NCBI GenBank assembly: GCA_043799385.1
Contig: JAZDNV010000001.1
Coordinates: forward strand, 102,250 to 166,249
DNA from: Candidatus Aenigmatarchaeota archaeon
GTDB lineage: Archaea > Aenigmatarchaeota > Aenigmatarchaeia > GW2011-AR5
DNA length: 64,000 bases
Direction of reading: 5' to 3'
A program made the position numbers and the translations under genes. The notes below the pieces were generated by a model. That model was not told the origin of the DNA. It did not search any database and worked only from the letters and a program-made list of their open reading frames with translations. Positions 1 through 9,601 of this stretch are shown piece after piece. The number at the start of each line of letters is the position of its first letter. Within the stretch, counting starts at the first letter, position 1.

Positions 1-1529
1 ATGCTCTTTCCTATGAGATAACCACGATTGTACAAAATCTGCAGGATTTGCGCTCGCGTGGCTTTTGTGCCCAATTCCTTAGCCTCCATTTCCTTAAGAA
101 CCGAGCCCTGCGAGAATCTTGGCGGCGGCTGGGTTTCTTTTGCCGTTTGCGAGACGTTCTTTACCTTCAATTTATCGCCGATTTTGATTTCAGGAAGAAT
201 GACTTCTTCGCGTGCTGCATATTTGCCGTATAGCGATAGCCAACCGGGCTCTATCGTCTTCGTACCGTGCAGGAAGAATACAAAACCGTTGACGTCTAAG
301 ATTACTTTCTGGCTCTCTCTCTTCGCAGGGTCGCCGAAGCATGCCAGAAAGCGATGCACTACTAAATCATAAACCTTTCTCTGACGGTCGTCTAACTTTT
401 TCGGCGCGTCGCCCGTAGGATAGATAGCCGGATGAGCTGGATCGGTTCTGCTGCCTTCTTCTGGTTTTTTATCAACGAGCGTCGATGCTATCTTGAATCG
501 ATCTTGTTTTGCCAGATTGCTCAATATCTTTTTGTAATTTATGTCAGGCGGTAATTTTTCCGATGATGTTCTCGGATAAGATATCAATCCCGCTTGGTAA
601 AGCGATTCAGCAATGGACATGCCGAACTGCGGCGAGAAACCGAAGAATCGATAGACGTCAGCAAGGAATGAAGTTGTATTATACGGTTTAGGCGGTCTCT
701 GTGACATCACTTTCTTTTTTATATCCTTGACCAGAGCTTCTTTTGATTTTGCCTTGCTCGTTATCTCGTCAGCCCTGCTCTTGTCCCAGAGCTTTTCTTT
801 TTCATAGAGAGCCTTGAACGCCTGCTTGCCTATAAGGACTTCAAGCTCTATTTGCCAGAACGGCTCGGGCTTGAATGCAGAAATCTTTTTTTCATGCTTT
901 GTCAGCATGTGCAGTATTGGGCCCTGGACGCGGCCTGTTGACAATACCCTAAAACGTTTTGCGTGGTTCTTTATCGCATTCGTCAATGCGCGCGTCAGCG
1001 AAACGCCCCACATATAATCCAAGTAATGCCGCGTCAATCCCGCCTCGATCTGGCCGAAGTCAAGGCTCTTCGTCATTTTATCATAACTTTCTATGAGCTC
1101 TTCTTTTGTCATTGTTGAGAACTTCATCCGTTTTGCGTCATTCTTTTTACAGAGAAAACGCAGTATATTATAGCCGATGACCGAGCCCTCTTCGTCGTAG
1201 TCGCAGCATACTATATAATCCTTGCCGCCTGGAACGATCTTTTCGACAACGTCAAAATATTTCTTTGTAAAGCTCGCAGGACCCGATGCTTTGTAAGAAG
1301 GAACCCAATCAACGTCGAATATCGGATAGTCCCAGCCCTTTGTAGTTTGTTTTAGCGTGAATAGGTGACCAACTGCTGCGACGATTACGTGCTTTTTGCC
1401 CTTCTTCTTGAATTCGTAATAGTCGACGCCTTCGTCGCTCTTAGTCGCTTTCAAGCTACCCTTGTCGGCCAATGCTATTGCAATCGTTTTAGCGGCCATT
1501 GGTTTTTCTGCTATCATCACAACGGTCAT
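1..1529 (-). CDS. topA: DNA topoisomerase I (type IA), 3' end runs off window
   Basis: Manual translation from ATG 1529: MTVVMIAEKP (TOPRIM), AVGHL, CDYDEEG, STGRVQGP, catalytic LISYPRT. Absent from the ORF track because there is no stop in the window. Confidence 0.95.
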   Translation of the reverse strand, partial: MTVVMIAEKPMAAKTIAIALADKGSLKATKSDEGVDYYEFKKKGKKHVIVAAVGHLFTLKQTTKGWDYPIFDVDWVPSYKASGPASFTKKYFDVVEKIVPGGKDYIVCCDYDEEGSVIGYNILRFLCKKNDAKRMKFSTMTKEELIESYDKMTKSLDFGQIEAGLTRHYLDYMWGVSLTRALTNAIKNHAKRFRVLSTGRVQGPILHMLTKHEKKISAFKPEPFWQIELEVLIGKQAFKALYEKEKLWDKSRADEITSKAKSKEALVKDIKKKVMSQRPPKPYNTTSFLADVYRFFGFSPQFGMSIAESLYQAGLISYPRTSSEKLPPDINYKKILSNLAKQDRFKIASTLVDKKPEEGSRTDPAHPAIYPTGDAPKKLDDRQRKVYDLVVHRFLACFGDPAKRESQKVILDVNGFVFFLHGTKTIEPGWLSLYGKYAAREEVILPEIKIGDKLKVKNVSQTAKETQPPPRFSQGSVLKEMEAKELGTKATRAQILQILYNRGYLIGKS

Positions 1530-1582
1530 AACTATCACAGAACTTCTCTTATAATATAGTGGGAATATTTAAAGCTTGACAG

Positions 1583-1673
1583 ATGCCATAAGCTTAAGGG
1601 CTATTAACTGTGGTTAATAGCCCATCGTTGAGGATTAGACTTGCGATTCTAATCCTAGTTAAGCTTATGGCAT
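1583..1673. repeat. Nested inverted repeats forming a three-way junction
   Basis: 15-bp outer IR ATGCCATAAGCTTAA (1583-1597/1659-1673) encloses an 11-bp hairpin (1598-1623) and a 9-bp hairpin (1631-1656). Confidence 0.9.
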
Positions 1674-1719
1674 TGCTTGGGCTGATAGAAAAGAATAAAA
1701 ATAAGACAAAGAGAAAAAA

Positions 1720-2274
1720 CTAATAAATTCTAGGATTTCTTAGCGTTCTTGGTTGCGGTGTCGATGCTCTCATATTGCTTACGAAACCTCTAGTAAAGTC
1801 GTAAACTCCCGTTTCAACATTACTTGGATTTCTATAGTCTCTTGCAATCATCTGGAGTTCTCTAGGGCCTTTTGGCGTTAGGACCGGTTCGTTGTCTGTT
1901 ACAATGTTGTAATAGAGTGTTGTTATATGCCTTCCGTTTCTGTCGTATAATCTCAAAGAGAAATCCGGAACATCTGGGCAATCCGCGTCGCGAGGTTTTA
2001 GTTCATAACGGCCGTTGAAACCTCTCATTGCGTTCTGAACACCAGTTTCAATTGCACGTCTGCCCTGTGCTTCAGAAAATGCGTTACTATACCTCTCATC
2101 TCTACGTACTGTTGCGTCATCTTTTTTCTGTGTTTTACTATCTTCTGCTGATGGCTGCTGTATCGCTGCAGGTGTTGTGTTATTACTGTTTACTGTAATA
2201 CAACCGATGCTACTGAAAAGGCTAGTTAAAAGAAGTCCTGTAACACCAATCATTGCCTTTGTTTTGTTTTGCAT
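1720..2274 (-). CDS. Hypothetical secreted/lipoprotein
   Basis: 184-aa ORF with basic N-terminus, hydrophobic stretch, lipobox-like SSIGC and a low-complexity linker. Confidence 0.7.
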   Translation of the reverse strand: MQNKTKAMIGVTGLLLTSLFSSIGCITVNSNNTTPAAIQQPSAEDSKTQKKDDATVRRDERYSNAFSEAQGRRAIETGVQNAMRGFNGRYELKPRDADCPDVPDFSLRLYDRNGRHITTLYYNIVTDNEPVLTPKGPRELQMIARDYRNPSNVETGVYDFTRGFVSNMRASTPQPRTLRNPRIY

Positions 2275-2320
2275 TTTTATCTAACCTCATAATTCAACAG
2301 GGGTTAACCTGAGATAATTA

Positions 2321-4306
2321 TCAGTAATAATCATCTGAGTAATAATCACCATAACCACCATCATAACCGCTGTCATAGCAGTTATCGCAATAATAATCAT
2401 TGCCATCATACTGGTAACCGCCATAGTATTGGTAATAATTGTCGTTGTAGTAATCACCGCCAGTGTACTGGTAACCGTCATCATAGCAGTTATCGCAATA
2501 GTAGTCGCCGCCATAGTAAGGATAATTGTAGTCGTAGCAATTGCTGCCATAACATCCACCACCGCAGTTGTAGCAATTCGGGTACGTTCCGCACTGACCC
2601 CAAGATGAACAGCTATAACCGCCGCAGTTGTATCCCTGGCATCCACCGCACGAATAGCAGTTAGGATAAGTTCCGCACTGACCCCAGTCCGAACATCTGT
2701 AATTATTGCATGGCGGGGTGCATGTATTGCAATAACCGTTGCTACAACCGTAGCTGCAAGTCTCTATCAATCTTTTTTCATCACGTTCTATGCATGTCGT
2801 TCCAGAGCATGAATAATCCCTGTACGTTTGATAGACATTGTTATTGAAGCAGTATTTCGAGTCTATGAAACCATCCTTTGCGTTGCAGTCTACGCAGTTA
2901 GGAGAAACCCCGCACGAAGTATCAGTTCCGCTGCATGTCTGGCAGGTTTGGCACTGGCCGTTGCTGCAGGTGCTGCTGCACGTCTCGACTAATTTATCGG
3001 TTTCACTATATGTGCATCCGTTGCCTGAACAGTAATAATCCCGATACTTCTGATAGACGTTGTTACCAGAGCAGAATCGCGAGCCTGTATATCCGTCATT
3101 GTTATTACAGTTGTTGCAGTTCGGATAAACGCCGCACGAATTGTCCGTTCCGCTGCACGACTGACACGTTGTGCACTGGCTATTACAGTAACCGTTGCTA
3201 CAACCATTGCTGCAGTATTCTATGGATTTTTCGCTTTCGCTATAAGTGCAGCTGTTGCCTGAGCAATAGTAGTCCCGGTATTTCTGATAAACATTATTTC
3301 CGCTGCAATATCGCGAACCTACGTATCCGTCACTTCTATCGCAATCAGATGATGAGCATGTCTGGCACTGGCTGCCCGAGCAAGAGCCGCAGCCGCTTCC
3401 ACAACCGCCCGTGCACGATGTGCCTTGGCATCCGCAATTGCTGCCTGTGCATGGATACTGGTAAGGGTAATAGTTGTATAAGCATGAGCCACTGGAGCAA
3501 CTGTATAGACAATCCTCAACTAATTCTTCCTGCGAGGTCCAGCTTGAATAGCATTTGCCATTACTGCATCCGCGGTCGAAATAATTCCTTGAGTGATAAA
3601 CATCATTGTTCTTGCAGTAGTTGCTGCCCCACAGGTCATAGCTGCTTGAGCTGCAGCTCTGCTTGAATTTGTTTATGTCAGTATACGTGCAATACGATGC
3701 AATTGTTCCAGGATTCACACACTTGTATGTCCTGTATTTCTGGTACACGTCGTTGCCGGAGCACTGCGTTTCATCAATCCAGTCACTCTTGCCGCAATCA
3801 GAGTCAGTACTGCAACCAATACATTCGCCGTTGCTGCATCTTGCGCAACTTTTGCAATTATCCTTTAACGTTCTCGTCTGCGTTGTTTTTTCAAAGCAAC
3901 GGCCGTATTCACAAGAATAATCGATAAATTCCTGGTCCCTGCATATGCACCTGTTATTGCCGTCACAGCAAGGATAGCTCTTGACGTCTACCCATTTATC
4001 CTTTGCGTTGCAATCCTCGACAATTTTGTTTGATTCGCTGAAAACGCAGCTTCCGTCTCTGCGTTGGTAATCCCTGTAAAACTGGTAAACATTTTCACCT
4101 GAGCAGAATTTTTCTCCGACAAAACTATCCAATTTGTTGCAATCATCGCATGTGATGGCATTGCAGACGTTGAATATACCTGAAACGCAACTTGCATTTT
4201 CGCACGTCTTCAATACGAATGCAGTTGGCGCCTGCGTATAAATCACATAGGCTATGCCAACGAACAACAGAATAAACACTATTGCGACCTTTGCTGCGTA
4301 TTCCAT
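2321..4306 (-). CDS. Cysteine-rich repeat surface protein with Tyr/Gly/Asp-rich tail
   Basis: N-terminal signal/TM segment, repeated CSGNNVYQKYRDYYC-type modules and C-terminal GGDYYCDNCYD repeats. Confidence 0.85.
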   Translation of the reverse strand: MEYAAKVAIVFILLFVGIAYVIYTQAPTAFVLKTCENASCVSGIFNVCNAITCDDCNKLDSFVGEKFCSGENVYQFYRDYQRRDGSCVFSESNKIVEDCNAKDKWVDVKSYPCCDGNNRCICRDQEFIDYSCEYGRCFEKTTQTRTLKDNCKSCARCSNGECIGCSTDSDCGKSDWIDETQCSGNDVYQKYRTYKCVNPGTIASYCTYTDINKFKQSCSSSSYDLWGSNYCKNNDVYHSRNYFDRGCSNGKCYSSWTSQEELVEDCLYSCSSGSCLYNYYPYQYPCTGSNCGCQGTSCTGGCGSGCGSCSGSQCQTCSSSDCDRSDGYVGSRYCSGNNVYQKYRDYYCSGNSCTYSESEKSIEYCSNGCSNGYCNSQCTTCQSCSGTDNSCGVYPNCNNCNNNDGYTGSRFCSGNNVYQKYRDYYCSGNGCTYSETDKLVETCSSTCSNGQCQTCQTCSGTDTSCGVSPNCVDCNAKDGFIDSKYCFNNNVYQTYRDYSCSGTTCIERDEKRLIETCSYGCSNGYCNTCTPPCNNYRCSDWGQCGTYPNCYSCGGCQGYNCGGYSCSSWGQCGTYPNCYNCGGGCYGSNCYDYNYPYYGGDYYCDNCYDDGYQYTGGDYYNDNYYQYYGGYQYDGNDYYCDNCYDSGYDGGYGDYYSDDYY

Positions 4307-4396
4307 AAAGGAATTAAAACGGAAAACTTTTTATAACTATTTAGAGACAATTTTGTAATGTTCTCGTAATTGAAAAGCATCACGCTGGAAGCACAA

Positions 4397-5677
4397 CTAT
4401 TTTTTCCCTATCTTTTCGAAGCCGCAGTAAGGCTGCAACGCTTTAGGAATAAGAATCGAGCCATCGCTTTGCTGGTGTTGCTCTATTATGGCTATCATCG
4501 TGCGACTTGTGGCCATGGCCGTGTTGTTTAGCGTATGGACAAAACCGATTGGTGCTGTTCCTGCTTTTTCACGATAGCGAATTCCTAGGCGTCTTGCCTG
4601 ATAATCCGTGCAGTTTGAGTTAGAACCGATTTCGCGGTATTTGCCGTCAGCCATCCATACGTCTGTATCGTACTTCTTTGCAGCTATGGTGCCTATGTCG
4701 CCTGTGCAGACGTTTACGACACGATAATGCAAACCAAGAGCCTGATACAAGTCTTCGCAGTTTTTCTGCAACTCCTCGTGCAATTTCCATGACTGCTCTG
4801 GTAGGCAGAATATGAACTGCTCTATCTTGTTGAACTGGTGCATGCGGAAAAGGCCTTTCGTGTATTTTCCATGAGAACCGATTTCCTTTCTGAAGCACGG
4901 AGAAACGCCAATGAGCTTTAATGGCAGACGATCTTTTTCCAAAACATCATTCATGAGCATCGATCCAAGCGGATGCTCGGCCGTTGCAATGAGATACATC
5001 GGCTCCTTCTCTATCTTGTAGGTGACCATCTCGAAGTCACTTGGGTCTATCATGCCCTCATATGCTTTTCGATTTATCATGAAAGGCGGTTCTATTAGTA
5101 CGTAACCGCGTTTTCTAAGCATGTCTATTGCAAACCTTTGTATGGCAAAATCCAGAATCACCAATTCTTCTTTCAGGTAGAAGAAGCCTGTACCAGAAAC
5201 TTTAGCCGCTCGTTCCGAGTCAATTAATCCGAGTTTCTCGAGAATTTCCATATGGTTTTTTGGCTCGAACGAAAACCTAGGAGGGTTGCCCCATTTTCTT
5301 ATTTCGACGTTGTCGTTCTCATCTTTGCCTATAGGCACCGAATCGTGCAGCATGTTCGGCAGGCGCATAAGGATAGAGTTGCATTTTTCATTCATCGATG
5401 CTAGTTCATCGTCCAGTTTTTTTATCTTATCCGGAATCTCCTTTACATCCTTCATCTTTGCAGAAACGGACTTTCCTTTTGCCTTGAGGTCTGCAATCTC
5501 CTTTGTTACCGTATTCCGCAATTGCTTCAGCTTTTCTACCTTCTGAATCACATCTCTTTTCTCTTCATCGTGCTTTATCAGCTCGTTAAGAAGTTTCAAT
5601 TTTTCCGTATCATGCCTTTTCTTCAGGTTCTCTTCCACCAATTTCGGGTTTTCTCTAATCAGCTTTATGTCTAACAT
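4397..5677 (-). CDS. serS: Serine--tRNA ligase
   Basis: N-terminal coiled-coil arm, ATAEHP, FRKE, GLFRMHQFNKIEQF, SNCTDYQARRL, HTLNNTA. Confidence 0.97.
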   Translation of the reverse strand: MLDIKLIRENPKLVEENLKKRHDTEKLKLLNELIKHDEEKRDVIQKVEKLKQLRNTVTKEIADLKAKGKSVSAKMKDVKEIPDKIKKLDDELASMNEKCNSILMRLPNMLHDSVPIGKDENDNVEIRKWGNPPRFSFEPKNHMEILEKLGLIDSERAAKVSGTGFFYLKEELVILDFAIQRFAIDMLRKRGYVLIEPPFMINRKAYEGMIDPSDFEMVTYKIEKEPMYLIATAEHPLGSMLMNDVLEKDRLPLKLIGVSPCFRKEIGSHGKYTKGLFRMHQFNKIEQFIFCLPEQSWKLHEELQKNCEDLYQALGLHYRVVNVCTGDIGTIAAKKYDTDVWMADGKYREIGSNSNCTDYQARRLGIRYREKAGTAPIGFVHTLNNTAMATSRTMIAIIEQHQQSDGSILIPKALQPYCGFEKIGKK

Positions 5678-5681
5678 AAAA

Positions 5682-6761
5682 TCATCTCGTTATCTCCTGC
5701 TTTCTTACGAAATCATATAGATCTTTTGCTTTTCCCATCTCAAAATGCTCCCTCACCGGTTTTATCATCATATCCAAATAGTTTGCAGTCGCTGATTTCA
5801 GGTCAGAAGGGTGTAATTGGCCGTTGGCGAAGGCGTTTTCTAATTCCTTGTAATCGTAAAATTCTATATCACCTCCGAATTTCTCTGCCCGCTCGACTTT
5901 CATGCTTTTGAATTTTCTGAATACAAGCTCTTTGCAATACTCCAGTACAGGATTATCAATATGCTTTGCCGGGCAGAATGCTGACTGTATCTTTTTTGCT
6001 ATTTCATCCTTTGAGTCATGAACAAATATGGCTGTCTGCGGCTTGCTTTTACTCATCTTTGATGAAATTTCTGTATCTATCTTTTTGCTATCTTCAAACC
6101 CTTCAGGCTTTTTTACGCCTTCCAGACCCATGAGCATATGATGTGAGACTACAACAGGCTTCCACAAACCAAGCTTAGGACCGACCTCTCGTGCCAGTAT
6201 ATTTGCTCGTCTCTGGTCGACTCCGAGTTGGCATATATCCGCGCCTAATGCAAAAATATCTGCGGTTTGCATCATTGGATAGAAATATTGTGCAACCTCT
6301 TGCATCTCTCCCTGTGTGCGGCCCATTATAGTGAGCATCCTGTTAGCGCGATTAACCGTAGTGTTCTTGGAGATTAGGATTACTTTTTCCCAGTATGCCC
6401 TATCTGCCATTACATCAGAAGCCCAGACAAATTCAACTCCCTTGCCGACGCCTGCGGCCTTCCAAACCTCAATGAAATATTCACCAACCTTTCTTATCTT
6501 CTCCAGGTCTCCGCCCATCTTGTTGTTCAACCAACCAAACCAGTCTGCTATGTAAAGCTTGAAATGCACGCCTGCTTTCACCAAATCCTGTAGGAGCAAC
6601 GGCCTGTAAACGCCGAACGGTAGGTGCGCCAGTCCTGATGGTTCAAAGCCGTCATAGGCAATCGGATGATTCTTTGTCTGCAACAATTCGCGAAGTTCCT
6701 GCTCTGTTATGACTTCTTCGGCTACGCCTTTCACTAGCCGTAACCTTTCTTCTACGTCCAT
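5682..6761 (-). CDS. tyrS: Tyrosine--tRNA ligase (archaeal/eukaryal type)
   Basis: YDGFEPSG, YPMMQTAD, GVDQR, KMSKS, LHPSDLK. Confidence 0.95.
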   Translation of the reverse strand: MDVEERLRLVKGVAEEVITEQELRELLQTKNHPIAYDGFEPSGLAHLPFGVYRPLLLQDLVKAGVHFKLYIADWFGWLNNKMGGDLEKIRKVGEYFIEVWKAAGVGKGVEFVWASDVMADRAYWEKVILISKNTTVNRANRMLTIMGRTQGEMQEVAQYFYPMMQTADIFALGADICQLGVDQRRANILAREVGPKLGLWKPVVVSHHMLMGLEGVKKPEGFEDSKKIDTEISSKMSKSKPQTAIFVHDSKDEIAKKIQSAFCPAKHIDNPVLEYCKELVFRKFKSMKVERAEKFGGDIEFYDYKELENAFANGQLHPSDLKSATANYLDMMIKPVREHFEMGKAKDLYDFVRKQEITR

Positions 6762-6794
6762 CGAACCACTATTATTTATTTTGCAACACGAAGT

Positions 6795-7163
6795 TTATAA
6801 AAACCCCGCACTGACTTTCTTATGCGGTTCGCGAGAGTAGATGTGCGGCGCCTTTTCTATAAGCTTGTCTGATTCCTCTTGCGTAACTAGCATTGCCGTT
6901 TCCAATTTTTCCACGTCACGTATGCCTTCATACGGTCTTGCTGCCCTGCTAGGAACCAGACAGTATACTATAACCTTATGGGTTTTATCAGGCAATTCAT
7001 TGCCATTGCAGTCGAACGACATTGTATGTTGGCTACCGTCGTTTCTGTAAACAGCCATAACAGTGTTGCCTGTTGGGTATACGTCAATTGGGCATACTGC
7101 TCCAGGATGCCTTTCAAGCACCTTTCTTACAACCTTTTCGCGCACATCAAGTGCCATATTCAT
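6795..7163 (-). CDS. Hypothetical protein
   Basis: ATG at 7163 is preceded by a GAGGTGA RBS. No recognisable motif. Confidence 0.65.
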   Translation of the reverse strand: MNMALDVREKVVRKVLERHPGAVCPIDVYPTGNTVMAVYRNDGSQHTMSFDCNGNELPDKTHKVIVYCLVPSRAARPYEGIRDVEKLETAMLVTQEESDKLIEKAPHIYSREPHKKVSAGFL

Positions 7164-7286
7164 GATATCACCTCGTTTTTTATTGGATGAAATAAAAATC
7201 AATTTCGGAATTAAAGGCAGTTTTTAATGCTTTCGGAGGGAGCAGGTGACTGAAACCGAAGAAAGCGTTTATTTCTGCCTCAACTA

Positions 7287-7349
7287 TCAGGCATAGAAAT
7301 AACTATAGGAAAAGCTAAACCAGGATTTGTTATTTACGTTAGCTTTCAT
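7287..7349 (-). CDS. Putative leader peptide MKANVNNKSWFSFSYSYFYA
   Basis: 20-aa ORF with an AGGAGA RBS upstream. Its 3' end forms one arm of a hairpin. Confidence 0.5.
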   Translation of the reverse strand: MKANVNNKSWFSFSYSYFYA

Positions 7350-7458
7350 TCAAATCTCCTTTCATACCCTTTAACACAAAAATTTAAATATCAATACTTA
7401 AGCGCATCATGAAATAGCAAGCTTTTTTACCTGACAGTTCAATTAATTCAAGATAGTT

Positions 7459-8700
7459 ATGGAGATCAAAATACTCGGTTCTGGCCGCGAAGTAGGCAAG
7501 AGCGCGATACTGGTAAGCGACAAGAAAACTGACATAGTGATGGATTACGGCGTCAAGCTGCAGCCAGAGCCGCCGACCTATCCGATAAGGCCTAATAAAA
7601 TCGATGCAGCAATACTCACTCATGCGCATCTGGACCACTCAGGCGGATTGCCTATTCTTCACAAAAAATGGAGGAAGCCTTTATTCATGAACACGGTTAC
7701 GCTAGAATTGATAGAAATGCTCGTTTCAGATTCGATTAAGATTGCAAGGAAAGAAGGCTATTCAATACCATTTTCAAAGAACGACCTGAGGAGGATGATA
7801 AAGAACACAAAGATCGTGAACTACAATGAACAATTTCGCGTGGGCGATTTTAATTGCTCGCTCTATGACTCAGGCCATATACCAGGTTCATCGTCCATTC
7901 TTCTCGAAAACAAGAAAAGAATTTTCTATACAGGTGATATACAGACGGTTGACTCTAATCTTCTCAGGGCGTGCAGATTACCGGATAAAGCCGATGTATT
8001 GATAACAGAATCAACGTACAGCTACAAGGACCATCCGAAAAAAGAAGGGGAAGAAGAACGATTCTTAGCATCAATAGAAGAGTCGATGGCAAACGAGGAG
8101 TTTGCGCTCGTGCCGGTATTTGCTGTCGGCAGAGCGCAGGAAGTTCTGCTGATTCTTGAAAAATATGCAAACAAAATTGCATTGGACGGAATGGCAAAAG
8201 GCGCGAGCGAATTGATCGCGAGTTACGGCAGCTATCTGAGGGATGCAAAACGTTTCAAAAAAATACTTGGAAAGGTTCATTGGGTAAAAACCAGAGAAGA
8301 ACGTGAAAGGGCGTTGAAGAGATATCCGATAATACTCTCGTCTGCTGGTTTGTTGGGTGGAGGGCCAATCGTGCATTATCTTCGCGAGATAAAACATAAA
8401 CCAGAGAGCAAGGTGATATTCACAGGTTTTCTTATAGAAGACACGCCAGGCGCTAACTTGATACAGACAAAGATATTCGAGAACTCGGAAGAAAAGTTCA
8501 AGGTGCATTGCAAGCTGGAGCAATACGACATGAGCGCGCACACCGACCGCACGGGTTTGTTTGGAATAATAGAAAAACTAAAGCCATCTCAGGTTGTGTG
8601 CGTCCACGGCGAAAAATGTGAAGAGTTCGCATTCGATATTGAGCAGAAATTCGGAATAAGCGCAGTCGCACCGAAGAACGGTGAAACGATTAGAGTATAA
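7459..8700 (+). CDS. MBL-fold beta-CASP ribonuclease (aCPSF2-like, no KH domains)
   Basis: GSGREVG, THAHLDH, GHIPGS, YTGD, TESTY, AVGRAQE, SAH, VHGE. Confidence 0.92.
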   Translation: MEIKILGSGREVGKSAILVSDKKTDIVMDYGVKLQPEPPTYPIRPNKIDAAILTHAHLDHSGGLPILHKKWRKPLFMNTVTLELIEMLVSDSIKIARKEGYSIPFSKNDLRRMIKNTKIVNYNEQFRVGDFNCSLYDSGHIPGSSSILLENKKRIFYTGDIQTVDSNLLRACRLPDKADVLITESTYSYKDHPKKEGEEERFLASIEESMANEEFALVPVFAVGRAQEVLLILEKYANKIALDGMAKGASELIASYGSYLRDAKRFKKILGKVHWVKTREERERALKRYPIILSSAGLLGGGPIVHYLREIKHKPESKVIFTGFLIEDTPGANLIQTKIFENSEEKFKVHCKLEQYDMSAHTDRTGLFGIIEKLKPSQVVCVHGEKCEEFAFDIEQKFGISAVAPKNGETIRV

Positions 8701-8703
8701 CTC

Positions 8704-9549
8704 CTACATTCTCCAGAAATCCATATAAGGTTTTGCCGTATTATTGTCTATTTCTGCAATGATAAAATGTCTAGAAAAATCCAATTCCTTGCGAACTATT
8801 CTTAATTTCGGAAGTATCACTCCTACACCACCATCCGAGCCTTTAATAAAAACCGGTATCGCGCCATTATAGAATACGTATCCAACAACATCTCTATATT
8901 TATCATAACTAGTGCCATGCTCATTTTGTTTGCCGTGATTGACAACGAGAATATTCTCTATCGTATCGTTTCTGACCGTAGTAAATATATGTCTTCCGTT
9001 ATTTGTAAGACAGTCATACTCTCTTATGAAAACCACAGGTTCTAAAATTATACCGCTTTCGCGATCTACACCTAAATGCCTTACGACTATAATATCGTCC
9101 TTTCTGACATTTTCTATAATCTCCCTCTTTTGCCCGGCTAGCCCTCCTGAATAAAACGATGTCAAGTTGCCCGATCTAGTAGTGCCGTCTGAAGATAGAA
9201 AGTCAACCGATTTTTTGTAACCACTGATACCTTTTACAACGCCCCTGAAGATAGAAGGATGACGGTCAAACTCTTCGTATGCAATCTTAGATAGCCATTC
9301 TTCATAAGGATTCAATTTTGTTGCAGCTGTTATATGAACATCATCCGAAATTTCTTCAGTCTTGAGTGAAAAATAATTGCCGGAAGTTTTATGCTCAACC
9401 ATTCCAGGTCCAGTATATGACGAAAGAAATTTTTGCAAGACTTGCTTTGTAGCGGTTTTTAGTTCGGGTATTTTCTGCCTTAGGTTGTCGTATGTTATCT
9501 GTTCGCCACGTTTATAACATTTGGATAAATCAATCACAGGTAATGACAT
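8704..9549 (-). CDS. Hypothetical protein
   Basis: 281-aa ORF filling the gap between flanking genes, with a TATA-like tract upstream. No motif recognised. Confidence 0.7.
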   Translation of the reverse strand: MSLPVIDLSKCYKRGEQITYDNLRQKIPELKTATKQVLQKFLSSYTGPGMVEHKTSGNYFSLKTEEISDDVHITAATKLNPYEEWLSKIAYEEFDRHPSIFRGVVKGISGYKKSVDFLSSDGTTRSGNLTSFYSGGLAGQKREIIENVRKDDIIVVRHLGVDRESGIILEPVVFIREYDCLTNNGRHIFTTVRNDTIENILVVNHGKQNEHGTSYDKYRDVVGYVFYNGAIPVFIKGSDGGVGVILPKLRIVRKELDFSRHFIIAEIDNNTAKPYMDFWRM

Positions 9550-9601
9550 ACAAAATCGATATCTAAAATCTTTTTAAATATACTAATTCCGATATCAAAA
9601 T

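Noticed and set aside
700..730. Possible frameshift in topA at a T/A run
   Set aside because: Manual translation stays in frame (KDIKKKVMSQRPPKPY) through to ISYPRT.
1583..1673. tRNA or hammerhead ribozyme interpretation of the branched structure
   Set aside because: Only two inner arms, no T-loop/D-loop consensus, and no CUGANGA/GAAA core on either strand.
2287..2646. Thr/Ile/Ala/Met-rich 119-aa ORF
   Set aside because: Alternative-frame shadow of the Tyr/Gly/Asp repeat tail of the Cys-rich gene.
2340..3320. Possible CRISPR or tandem array from recurring DNA words
   Set aside because: The repeats are degenerate at codon third positions and in frame with protein repeats, with no constant repeat-spacer period.
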